The position numbers and the translations under genes were made by a program. The notes beneath the pieces are model-generated. The model did not search any database. It saw only the letters and a list, made by a program, of their open reading frames with translations, and was not told where the DNA came from. Shown piece by piece: positions 49,222-56,678 of a stretch of DNA of 62,530 bases. Within the stretch, counting starts at the first letter, position 1; each line of letters opens with the position of its first letter. The stretch lies in the IMG/VR virus record IMGVR_UViG_3300044691_000381, positions 1-62,530 of that record; one strand, 5' to 3'. Source of the DNA: a virus (taxonomy: Duplodnaviria; Caudoviricetes).

Positions 49222-49976
49222 GAGGTTAGGGACCTTTCGTGTCGTGACGGTTCGTGGAGGTGGCTCCGGTACTTGCGGAGAGCCGTCTTCAGGAGTTCCG
49301 TCTGGGCGGGGTCCCACTGATGACTAGCGACTTGGTAATTGGAGGAGATGAACCAAAGTACGAGGGAGATGAGGTAAGTGATTTCGGTGACGTGGGTGAC
49401 TCGGACCGCCAGATGCGTCCTGATGGCGGTATCAACTGCCCCAGAGCGGGCAATCGCATAGAGCGAAAACCCGAGGTAAACCAGTAGCAGCCGGGTATCT
49501 TTTGCGGAGTCGACCATCCAAGCATAGAGCGGTGCCGCTGCCAGCATCAGGCAAAACCAGTACAGTGCGACGTGATCGACCGCAAGAAACCACTTCCATC
49601 CCGGATCGATGTTGCTGGTGAGGGGGAAGCGCAGCGTCAGAATCGCGATTGCAAGCATGCAGCCAGCGAAGACCTGGAGGAGAACAGGATTCCTGTCCGG
49701 GATGCCGGTCTTGCGGATCGCCTGGAAGAGGGCCACCACGAGATAGATATGGGCGGCATAATCAACAAACCACCCTACCCAGCAGGCCGCGTGGTAGACC
49801 TGCCATGGAGCCAAGCGAGCCACAGCGAAGAGCCAGATGGAATTGCCGACCACCGCCCCTAGATATGCCGCCAACGCGATGTTGCGGCGCCTATAGGCCC
49901 ACAGGCCGACAGTAAGTTGACCGAGTACGACAGCAAGCCAGATGCAAAGCTGGAGGTGGGTGATTTTAGTATGCAA
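49218..49976 (-). CDS. 7-transmembrane protein, putative peptide receptor
   Basis: Seven hydrophobic segments by eye, short cytoplasmic tail, no enzymatic domain; TTG start. Confidence 0.8.
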   Translation of the reverse strand: MHTKITHLQLCIWLAVVLGQLTVGLWAYRRRNIALAAYLGAVVGNSIWLFAVARLAPWQVYHAACWVGWFVDYAAHIYLVVALFQAIRKTGIPDRNPVLLQVFAGCMLAIAILTLRFPLTSNIDPGWKWFLAVDHVALYWFCLMLAAAPLYAWMVDSAKDTRLLLVYLGFSLYAIARSGAVDTAIRTHLAVRVTHVTEITYLISLVLWFISSNYQVASHQWDPAQTELLKTALRKYRSHLHEPSRHERSLTS

Positions 49977-50009
49977 GGCGCCCCCGGATGGAAGCGCCCT
50001 GCACGGGGT

Positions 50010-50201
50010 CTACTTCTTGTGAGGCTTGACCGGCAAAGGTGCCGGCGCCTTGTGGGAACCGCAGGCGGGGGGACACGGAGTTGGAACTCCTACCGGGCCT
50101 TGTGCGAGAAGAGACGCATCGTTGCGCGTGGCAACATGCATAGACGCAAACAGGGCCAGAACAAGAACAAAGGCGAAGAATAAAGCCAGACGAGTTTTCA
50201 T
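50010..50201 (-). CDS. Small secreted peptide precursor
   Basis: AAGGAG SD; Sec-type signal MKTR-LALFFAFVLVLALFA; core LLA-QGPVGVPTPCPPAC. Confidence 0.8.
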   Translation of the reverse strand: MKTRLALFFAFVLVLALFASMHVATRNDASLLAQGPVGVPTPCPPACGSHKAPAPLPVKPHKK

Positions 50202-50299
50202 TGAAAGCTCCTTTGGCGCGTGAATGCGCTACACAGAGCTTACGAAGGGAAAGGTGCTGGCAATAGAGAGCAGGCGAGGTAACTTTGCTGCGAACCAGA

Positions 50300-50328
50300 A
50301 CAGTAACCAAAGTCATAGGAAAAGACAA
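50300..50328 (-). promoter_or_regulatory. Putative sigma70 promoter of the peptide/7-TM operon
   Basis: TTGTCT-N17-TACTGT. Confidence 0.55.
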
Positions 50329-50479
50329 GAGGAATTTCCGATGACACGGAAGTCCTTTGTCTACTACACGACGATGAGGTAAATGGGGACCGGGTGAGAC
50401 ATAGCTGGAACTGGCTGTGGAAAAAACCAATGGGGGAACGCATCGCATGAAGGCCAAATCACTGTCAGAGCAATTTCTG

Positions 50480-50500
50480 CCAGTGGCAGTTTGAGTGGCA
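50480..50500. repeat. Integrase arm-type repeat, copy 1
   Basis: CCAGTGGCAGTTTGAGTGGCA, identical at 50744-50764. Confidence 0.8.
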
Positions 50501-50624
50501 CCTCCAGCCTGTACTCGGTGCACCTTATGCGCTTCTATGCAATTCAGACGTTTTGCGGAAGTTCTTGTCTTTATTGGTCTATGCGGCTTTATGCGTCTCG
50601 GTGCAAAGCTAGCGTACATGGCTT

Positions 50625-50687
50625 GCAGCGGACTTAAAATCCGCAGGGAGCAATCCCATGAGGGTTCAAGTCCCTCTCCGGGCACCA
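50625..50687 (+). mobile_element. attP core: 3' portion of tRNA-Leu(TAA)
   Basis: Anticodon arm GCGGA-CTTAAAA-TCCGC, long variable arm, GAGGGTTCAAGTCCCTC, TCCGGGCACCA; 5' acceptor and D-arm missing; beside integrase 3' end. Confidence 0.92.
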
Positions 50688-50712
50688 ACAAACTAAAGGT
50701 GCTTAGCTCCAT

Positions 50713-51795
50713 TTAGCCAGCCCTTCCGATCTTCTTGGAATTCCCAGTGGCAGTTTGAGTGGCAGTTCCAATTGAAACCACGTTTCGGAGTGCTGGCGCT
50801 GTCAGTATCTTCTCGACCTCGATCTGTTTATGGTCTGGGCAGAGGTGCGCATACTGTGCCGTGATGGAGATGGTCTTATGTCCGGCGAGTTCTTGGATTG
50901 TCTTCAGGGGAACCCCGGCAATCGCCAGCCATGAGCAGAACGTGTGCCGGTTGCAGTGCCAGACGTAATCCTCGATCTCAGCCGTCTCCATTGCCGGATG
51001 GAACCATGAGCGGGTATCGAAGTTGGCGCCCTGCCGGGGGAAGACTCGCTCTTTCCGCTTGGGTGTTACGCGGGCCTTGCGTGTGGCCAGAATCTCTTTC
51101 ACCTGGGAGTTCATCATCACGGTACGATCGTCGCCATTCTTTGTCGCAGTTAGGTTGATTTCATCGCGCTCAAAGTCTACCTGCCACCACTCCACGGTGT
51201 ACTGCTCAGTGAGGCGCATTCCGGAGAGCACCGAAACCGCGAACTCTTCCTTGTGGGGATCTTTGATGGCAGCGTACAGGTCGGCATATTCGGAGCGGGA
51301 GAGGAAGCGCTTGCGGCCCTTTGCTTGCGGACGTTGGTGGATTAGACGAGCCGTGTTCATCTTCACCTTCCCCAACCGTATGCCTTCTTTGTAGGCCAAG
51401 GAGACAAAGGCCTTGTAATGGTTGAAGGTGCTGTCACTGACGTCGCGCGCCTTGATCCAATCGCTGATCTCATCGGGGCCGATCTCATCGGCAATGCGCG
51501 TACCGAGCCCGTCCTTCAGCAGTGCGGCCTTAGTCACATAGTCCCGAACCGACTTGTTGTGTTCGCGCGCATAGGCAAGCGCCAGGTCTGCCAAGTCTCC
51601 AACCGTCACCTTCTTCCTCCGCAGCTCGGGAAGCTTATCTCCCGTGAGGAGTTCCGTACGGCGCTTCCGGTAGAGTTTGCCTGCGTCGGTCTTGGTGCCA
51701 GCGCGCTCCCGCCGCCGCTTGCCATGATCGAAATACTGACACCACCAGATACCGCTGCCTACCGGGCATTCGTAAACGCCCCGCTCTTTAGCCAT
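50713..51795 (-). CDS. int: Tyrosine integrase
   Basis: SGMRLTE, TKNG, HCNRHTFCSWL, LAGHKTISITAQYAH. Confidence 0.96.
   Translation of the reverse strand: MAKERGVYECPVGSGIWWCQYFDHGKRRRERAGTKTDAGKLYRKRRTELLTGDKLPELRRKKVTVGDLADLALAYAREHNKSVRDYVTKAALLKDGLGTRIADEIGPDEISDWIKARDVSDSTFNHYKAFVSLAYKEGIRLGKVKMNTARLIHQRPQAKGRKRFLSRSEYADLYAAIKDPHKEEFAVSVLSGMRLTEQYTVEWWQVDFERDEINLTATKNGDDRTVMMNSQVKEILATRKARVTPKRKERVFPRQGANFDTRSWFHPAMETAEIEDYVWHCNRHTFCSWLAIAGVPLKTIQELAGHKTISITAQYAHLCPDHKQIEVEKILTAPALRNVVSIGTATQTATGNSKKIGRAG
50744..50764. repeat. Integrase arm-type repeat, copy 2 (inside int 3' end)
   Basis: 21-bp direct repeat of 50480-50500. Confidence 0.8.
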
Positions 51796-51804
51796 GGGTT
51801 TCTC

Positions 51805-52020
51805 CTAAGCGGACACCATATCAGAATGCATAATCTCGGCGGCGACGCGCTTGACGTCTTCGCTGGGGATGAGGACGCGCCGACCCTTGCGGCGGGTTCG
51901 CAGCTTGCCATCGCTGATGAGGTAGTCGATTGCCCGGACCGACATAGCCAGGGAGCTCGCGGCTTCGTAGCGGGAATAGAAGAACTTTTCGAAGGCTACA
52001 ACCTTTGCACGCTGCTGCAT
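51805..52020 (-). CDS. xis: Excisionase (HTH_17-like)
   Basis: YSRYEAA.SL.MS.RAIDYLI.DGKL.TRRKGRRVLIP; directly upstream of int. Confidence 0.85.
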   Translation of the reverse strand: MQQRAKVVAFEKFFYSRYEAASSLAMSVRAIDYLISDGKLRTRRKGRRVLIPSEDVKRVAAEIMHSDMVSA

Positions 52021-52055
52021 GGACTTGCTCCGAGGAAGAATTTGGTTGAGTGACG

Positions 52056-52085
52056 ACTATGGTACTTTTGGACACTAGTTGTCAA
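52056..52085 (-). promoter_or_regulatory. xis/int promoter
   Basis: TTGACA-N18-CATAGT, ACTAGT next to -35. Confidence 0.7.
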
Positions 52086-52101
52086 TCTATTTTTAAACTA
52101 G

Positions 52102-52131
52102 TTGACTAAATAGTGTTAGCTGGGTTAGTGT
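52102..52131 (+). promoter_or_regulatory. Rightward early promoter (PR-like)
   Basis: TTGACT-N18-TAGTGT, ACTAGT overlapping -35. Confidence 0.7.
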
Positions 52132-52156
52132 TTGGCTTCCGACACAGGAGCGTCCC

Positions 52157-52306
52157 TTGTTCTTCAATCTCGTCCTCTGCCTTGCAGTGTGTTTGCTCGT
52201 CACCTCACCCCTAACCTTCCACAAAGCCCGCATTCTCAAAGACAAACTGGTCGACTGGATCGAGCGCAAGCAGTTCGAGAGGCTTGTAGACCGGGTGGGC
52301 CGATGA
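52157..52306 (+). CDS. Small N-terminal TM protein (49 aa), first rightward gene
   Basis: Read by hand: AGGAG SD, TTG start, ATGA overlap with next gene. Confidence 0.55.
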   Translation: MFFNLVLCLAVCLLVTSPLTFHKARILKDKLVDWIERKQFERLVDRVGR

Positions 52307-52698
52307 GCGCCACGCCAGAGCTGCCCGAAATAACCTGCCCGTACTGTCGCAAGCCTGCCGAGCTTGGCGGTGGGAAATGGTTTTGCGCACCCTGCAAAGC
52401 TTGGGTGAGAGCCTACCCCAACAGCCCCACTCAGAAACCCATGGGGCGGCTGGCGAAGGAAAGACTTCACAGCATGCGCGTCCGAGCCTATGCAGCCTTC
52501 GACAGCGTGTGGCAGATGGTTTCTGGGGTGCAAGGTTGGCCGGAGGCGCGCGCACGGAAAGCGGCGTACTGGTGGCTGGCGCAGGAGCTGGGACTCCATC
52601 AGAGCGAGTGCCAAATCTCCTTCTTCAACGAGTTCAATACCCAACGGGTGATTGACATCTGCATGGCTGTGGGTGGGAAGAAGGACGTGGCGGCGTGA
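52303..52698 (+). CDS. DUF3268-like zinc-finger protein
   Basis: CPYC..C.PC.AWV..P.GRLA..L..R..A..AFD..W, AY.WLA.ELG. Confidence 0.8.
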   Translation: MSATPELPEITCPYCRKPAELGGGKWFCAPCKAWVRAYPNSPTQKPMGRLAKERLHSMRVRAYAAFDSVWQMVSGVQGWPEARARKAAYWWLAQELGLHQSECQISFFNEFNTQRVIDICMAVGGKKDVAA

Positions 52699-53369
52699 AC
52701 AGGCGTCCTTGGACTCCGGGAGAATTGGAGATCGTTCGCCGCGAGTATGCGAACACGCGGACGGATGCAATCGCGAAGCGGCTAGGGCGATCACTGACGA
52801 ATGTCTATCAAGCGGCTTATCGGCTGGGGATATTCAAGAGCGGAGAATATCTCGCTAGTCCGGACGCGTGCAGGCTAAGACGAGATTTCACGCCAGCCTC
52901 GATAGCGAAGCGCTTCAAGCCGGGGCAGGTACCGGCGAATAAGGGTCTGCGTCGACCGGGTTGGGCACCGGGCCGCATGAAAGAGACGCAATTTGGCAAG
53001 GGTCAGATGCCGCACAATTGGCATCCCGTCGGGCATGAGCGCCTGACGAAAGAAGGCTATCTACAGCGCAAGATGGCCGACACCGGGAACACCGTGGAGG
53101 ACTATGTCGAGGTTCACCGGCTGCTATGGGAAGAGCGTCATGGCCCGATTCCTTCCGGCCTCGTGCTCGTCTTCAAAGATCGCAACAAAACGAACATTGT
53201 CCTCGAAAACCTCGAACTGATCACCCGCCGCGAACTTATGGCTCGCAACTCCATTCACCGTCTCCCGAAGGAGTTGGCAGACTTGATCCAACTCAACGGC
53301 GCACTGAAACGAAAGCTGAGGACTCTTAGTGAAAAACAAAATGTCGGATCTTCGCAACCATCTCTTTGA
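52695..53369 (+). CDS. HNH endonuclease
   Basis: FKPGQVPANKG, VHRLLWEE.HGPIP, FKD.NK.N..LENL. Confidence 0.88.
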   Translation: MNRRPWTPGELEIVRREYANTRTDAIAKRLGRSLTNVYQAAYRLGIFKSGEYLASPDACRLRRDFTPASIAKRFKPGQVPANKGLRRPGWAPGRMKETQFGKGQMPHNWHPVGHERLTKEGYLQRKMADTGNTVEDYVEVHRLLWEERHGPIPSGLVLVFKDRNKTNIVLENLELITRRELMARNSIHRLPKELADLIQLNGALKRKLRTLSEKQNVGSSQPSL

Positions 53370-53580
53370 AACTCTCGAAGCGCTCAAGGATGAAGAGAAA
53401 CCCATGGATATTGCGCGTGCGAAGGCTATCAGCGAGGTCGCCCAAACGCTCATCAACTCTGCAAAGGTGGAGTTGGAATTCATGGAAGCGACCGGCGAGA
53501 TTGAAACAGGGTTCTTTGATGCTCGGCTGGATGCCAAACCGCAACCATTGAGACTGCCAGGAGAGAGAAAGACAGCATGA
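53329..53580 (+). CDS. Conserved phage protein following HNH
   Basis: DLRNHLFETLE.L, RAKAI.EVAQ.LINSAKVE. Confidence 0.75.
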   Translation: MKNKMSDLRNHLFETLEALKDEEKPMDIARAKAISEVAQTLINSAKVELEFMEATGEIETGFFDARLDAKPQPLRLPGERKTA

Positions 53581-53582
53581 CC

Positions 53583-53765
53583 CTACTCCTCCTCCACCCA
53601 AGTAAGGTCTCTAGTCGGCACTCGGTAGCGATTCAGGAGAGTTCCTTTGAGTTCAAGGTTCACCTCGGAGCCGTCCGCACTCACAGCCCACACCGTCCAG
53701 ACCGATTTGGAGGTTCCGGGAATTACCTTATCGCCCACCTTCGGGATGCGCTGCTTCTTTGCCAT
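53583..53765 (-). CDS. Small beta-barrel-like hypothetical protein
   Basis: MAKKQRIPKVGDKVIPG..; AGGA SD. Confidence 0.7.
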   Translation of the reverse strand: MAKKQRIPKVGDKVIPGTSKSVWTVWAVSADGSEVNLELKGTLLNRYRVPTRDLTWVEEE

Positions 53766-53768
53766 AAG

Positions 53769-54068
53769 TTACTTCCTAAGCTTTCTATACTCCTCCGGCG
53801 TAAGCGCAAGCCACACGCCCCCCGGCCTTCCCATTCGAATCTCCCGCTCGAGCTGGCTACGTGCCTCGACGGTCCGGTCTTCTCCCCATCGTGCCTGCAT
53901 CTCGAGGATCTTGTCGGGTGTGGCGAAGATGAGTTTGAGGGGCAGGGAAGTACGGCAGTCCTCCTCAAGGAAGCTGATGCGGTAGCCATCACGAAGCATG
54001 AAGTTCATAAGGACGCGGTGTTGGTTGGTTCGTTTGATAGCGCCCTGAGAACAGAAGTGTGCACCCAT
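53769..54068 (-). CDS. Hypothetical protein
   Basis: HRVLMNF..FLEED.RT.LP.KL.F...GGVWL.LT.EEY.KL. Confidence 0.75.
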   Translation of the reverse strand: MGAHFCSQGAIKRTNQHRVLMNFMLRDGYRISFLEEDCRTSLPLKLIFATPDKILEMQARWGEDRTVEARSQLEREIRMGRPGGVWLALTPEEYRKLRK

Positions 54069-54109
54069 GGTGGGATTTTAGGCGGTCTGGTTGTGGAGGT
54101 GAAAGGGTA

Positions 54110-55168
54110 ATGGGAAGAGAAACGAATATCAGTTGGACAGACAGCACTTGGAATGCGATTCGCGGTTGCTCGCGCGTCAGCGAAGGATGCAGGCATTGCT
54201 ATGCAGAATCCATCGCGCACCGTTTCAGCGGGCCGGGCTTGGCATACGAAGGGCTCGTGCAACTCGACGCATCCGGCAAGTCTACGGGCAAGTGGAACGG
54301 GCAAATAAAGTTCCTAGAAGCACACCTGCTCGACCCGCTGAAGTGGAAGGAACCGCGTCGCATCTTCGTCAACTCGATGAGTGATCTGTTCCATGAGAAC
54401 GTCACCGACGAGATGCGCGACAAGATTTTTGCCGTGATGGCGCTTTGTCCGCAGCACACCTTTCAGGTGCTGACGAAGCGGCCGGAGAGGATGCTGGCTT
54501 ATCTGAGCGACGACAATCCGCGGTACACCATCCGAAGAATCTTCGATGCAGCCGAGAAGATCGATGCAGAGAATGGTTATGTCTTCGACTGCGATATCTA
54601 TAAACCGCTGTCGAACGTTCACCTGGGCGTATCAGTGGAGGATCAGAAAACGGCTGACCTGCGCATCCCGCTGCTGCTGCAGACGCCGGCGGCGGTTCGG
54701 TTCATCAGCGCGGAGCCGTTGTTGGGGCCAGTGAATCTGGGGGCGCTCAAGTTGGACGGGCCGAATGCGTGGACGACCCACGAATGCAAGCTTGACGGGC
54801 TGAGCGTGCGCAGCAATGGGTCGCCTGCGTTGGGCTGGGTGATCGTAGGCGGCGAGAGTGGGGCTGGGGCGCGTCCGATGCATCCGGACTGGGCGCGGAG
54901 TCTGCGCGATCAGTGCAAGGCCGCTGGCGTGCCGTATTTTTTCAAGCAGTGGGGGGCGTGGACGCCCGGCGAGAATGTCGATCGGGTGACGGGAACCGTC
55001 GACACGGCTGTCTGGTTCAACAATGAGTGGCTGATTGGCATGGAAACACTTTCCAATGACGAAGGCCACGTTGACGACCAGCCTGACCTATACCGCGTCG
55101 GCACAAAGGCCGCTGGCTGTCTTCTGGACAGTGTCGAGCATCATGAGTTCCCGGCGGTGCCAGCGTGA
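54110..55168 (+). CDS. Phage Gp37/Gp68 (DUF5131) protein
   Basis: WTD.TWN..GC.RVSEGC.HCYA, IFVNSMSDLFH, LTKRPE, SAEPLLG, GGESG, FFKQWG. Confidence 0.93.
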   Translation: MGRETNISWTDSTWNAIRGCSRVSEGCRHCYAESIAHRFSGPGLAYEGLVQLDASGKSTGKWNGQIKFLEAHLLDPLKWKEPRRIFVNSMSDLFHENVTDEMRDKIFAVMALCPQHTFQVLTKRPERMLAYLSDDNPRYTIRRIFDAAEKIDAENGYVFDCDIYKPLSNVHLGVSVEDQKTADLRIPLLLQTPAAVRFISAEPLLGPVNLGALKLDGPNAWTTHECKLDGLSVRSNGSPALGWVIVGGESGAGARPMHPDWARSLRDQCKAAGVPYFFKQWGAWTPGENVDRVTGTVDTAVWFNNEWLIGMETLSNDEGHVDDQPDLYRVGTKAAGCLLDSVEHHEFPAVPA

Positions 55169-55428
55169 TTGTTTCGGCTCGCCAGAAGCCAGTTGAGCAG
55201 TTGCCTGAATGGGCGCTGTGCTGCGACACGATGCGACAAGAGCACATGACCGAAGAGAAGCTTGGCAGCATCCTGAAAGTCGAGTCGGAATCAGCGTTCT
55301 CGGGTGAGGCCGAATGTCACCACTGTCATCGAATAACCCCGAATATCAGGGTTTTACTATCCACCAGCCGCCCAAAGCTTGCGATCCCAGTGGACAACTA
55401 CGACTTTGATGAGGGGGAATCAGAATGA
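55165..55428 (+). CDS. Hypothetical protein
   Basis: Coupled ORF with CC and CHHC. Confidence 0.55.
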   Translation: MIVSARQKPVEQLPEWALCCDTMRQEHMTEEKLGSILKVESESAFSGEAECHHCHRITPNIRVLLSTSRPKLAIPVDNYDFDEGESE

Positions 55429-55634
55429 GCCGCCCCCGCAAAGTCCTCTCTTCCCGACCGCAGATGAGTTTAGCCGAGATTGCCGAGGAATTGGGCACGA
55501 CCAAGAGCGCCGTAAATATGTGCCTGGTCCGCGCCCTGAAAAAGCTCCGCTCTCAGGGACTCGTAATCAAGATGCAAGAACTTGCGGATGACCTTGACCG
55601 CAACCGAAAGGGAAGTGCGCACTATGAGACCTAG
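55425..55634 (+). CDS. Stand-alone sigma-70 region 4 HTH protein
   Basis: MSLAEIAEELGTTKSAVNMCLVRALKKLR. Confidence 0.8.
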   Translation: MSRPRKVLSSRPQMSLAEIAEELGTTKSAVNMCLVRALKKLRSQGLVIKMQELADDLDRNRKGSAHYET

Positions 55635-56046
55635 AAAGAAGATCCTCTGTGTGGATTGCAATGAGCAGACTCTCTCGGTTCGCAAGTTCTTCCTTGAGAC
55701 GCGCGGCTTCCGTGTGGTTCCAATGGCGACCTCAGACGAAGCGCTCGCGATTCTCGAGCGGGCACTCCCGTACTCCATCGACCTGATGATCTGCGAGCTT
55801 TTGATGCCGCAGATGGACGGCAATGAGTTGGTGAGGCGCGCCAAGCAACTGCGTCCCGAACTGGCAGCAATGGTCATCTCCAGTGGGGTCGGTGCGCTCG
55901 AGTTCGCCAAGCATGCCGACGTGTTCCTTGCAAAGGGCTGTAGCTCCCCGACTGAAATATACGGCTTCGCGCGTCGCTTAGTGGCACGCAAACCGGGTCC
56001 AAAACCAGCTTCTCATTCAGGGTCCCAGGCTGGGAGGGTGGCGTGA
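55624..56046 (+). CDS. Single-domain response regulator (pseudo-receiver, D-to-E)
   Basis: ILCVDCNE, DLMICELLMPQMDG.EL, MVISS, FLAKG. Confidence 0.88.
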   Translation: MRPRKKILCVDCNEQTLSVRKFFLETRGFRVVPMATSDEALAILERALPYSIDLMICELLMPQMDGNELVRRAKQLRPELAAMVISSGVGALEFAKHADVFLAKGCSSPTEIYGFARRLVARKPGPKPASHSGSQAGRVA

Positions 56047-56576
56047 GGGACACTGGCTTATTCGAATCTGACGCGGACACGGCGCAACTCTCGCCATGCC
56101 GCACTTGGCGGTACACGCTCAACCGGGAGTGGGCGGACGGGACCTGCGTCGGCTTCCTGATGTTCAACCCGAGCACGGCGGACGAGAATCTCGACGACCC
56201 TACCATCCGGAAGTGCCGCGGCTTCGCGCTGCGCTGGGGATACGGCCGCATGGTCATCGTCAACCTCTTCGCCATCCGTGGCAGCGATCCGCGCATCGTG
56301 CGCCGCGTGGGTGACCCCGTGGGGCCAATGAACAACTATCACATCGTCGACGCGACGAAGGAGTGCAGGGAGTTGGTTTGCGCGTGGGGATGCGGCGGCC
56401 ACATGAAAGGCGATCTACTCAAGCGCCCCGGCGCCGTGCTGAAACTCTTGGAGCAAGAGCGATGCGCCATGCCGATAACATGCCTCGGCTACAGCGCAGA
56501 TGGCAGCCCACGGCATCCGTTGATGCTTGCCTATGACACGCCACGGGAACCCTATCGCACGGCGGTGTCAGCGTGA
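56043..56576 (+). CDS. DUF1643 protein
   Basis: RY.L.R.W, MFNPSTAD..DDPTIRKC, NLFA.R, AWG, PRHPL. Confidence 0.9.
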   Translation: MRDTGLFESDADTAQLSPCRTWRYTLNREWADGTCVGFLMFNPSTADENLDDPTIRKCRGFALRWGYGRMVIVNLFAIRGSDPRIVRRVGDPVGPMNNYHIVDATKECRELVCAWGCGGHMKGDLLKRPGAVLKLLEQERCAMPITCLGYSADGSPRHPLMLAYDTPREPYRTAVSA

Positions 56577-56678
56577 GCGATCCGGCGCCGCAATACCTGA
56601 TACCTCCTCCAGTAGAGTTTGACCTTCCGCTGGAGTGGCTACTGACTGACGAAGATTTAGAAAGCGTAGGGGACGTAG

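Noticed and set aside
47899-50201. Canonical arbitrium (aimR/aimP/aimX) or a two-component system
   Set aside because: No HTH-TPR receptor and no histidine kinase domain; only an analogy is claimed
50625-50687. Functional phage tRNA-Leu
   Set aside because: The 5' acceptor strand and D-arm are absent; it is the attP core
49966-50712. 248-aa minus-strand ORF
   Set aside because: Begins as antisense tRNA translation (VPGEGLEPS), crosses attP and overlaps the better supported peptide gene
53583-54068. Toxin-antitoxin pair
   Set aside because: Size and arrangement fit, but I recognise no toxin or antitoxin motif
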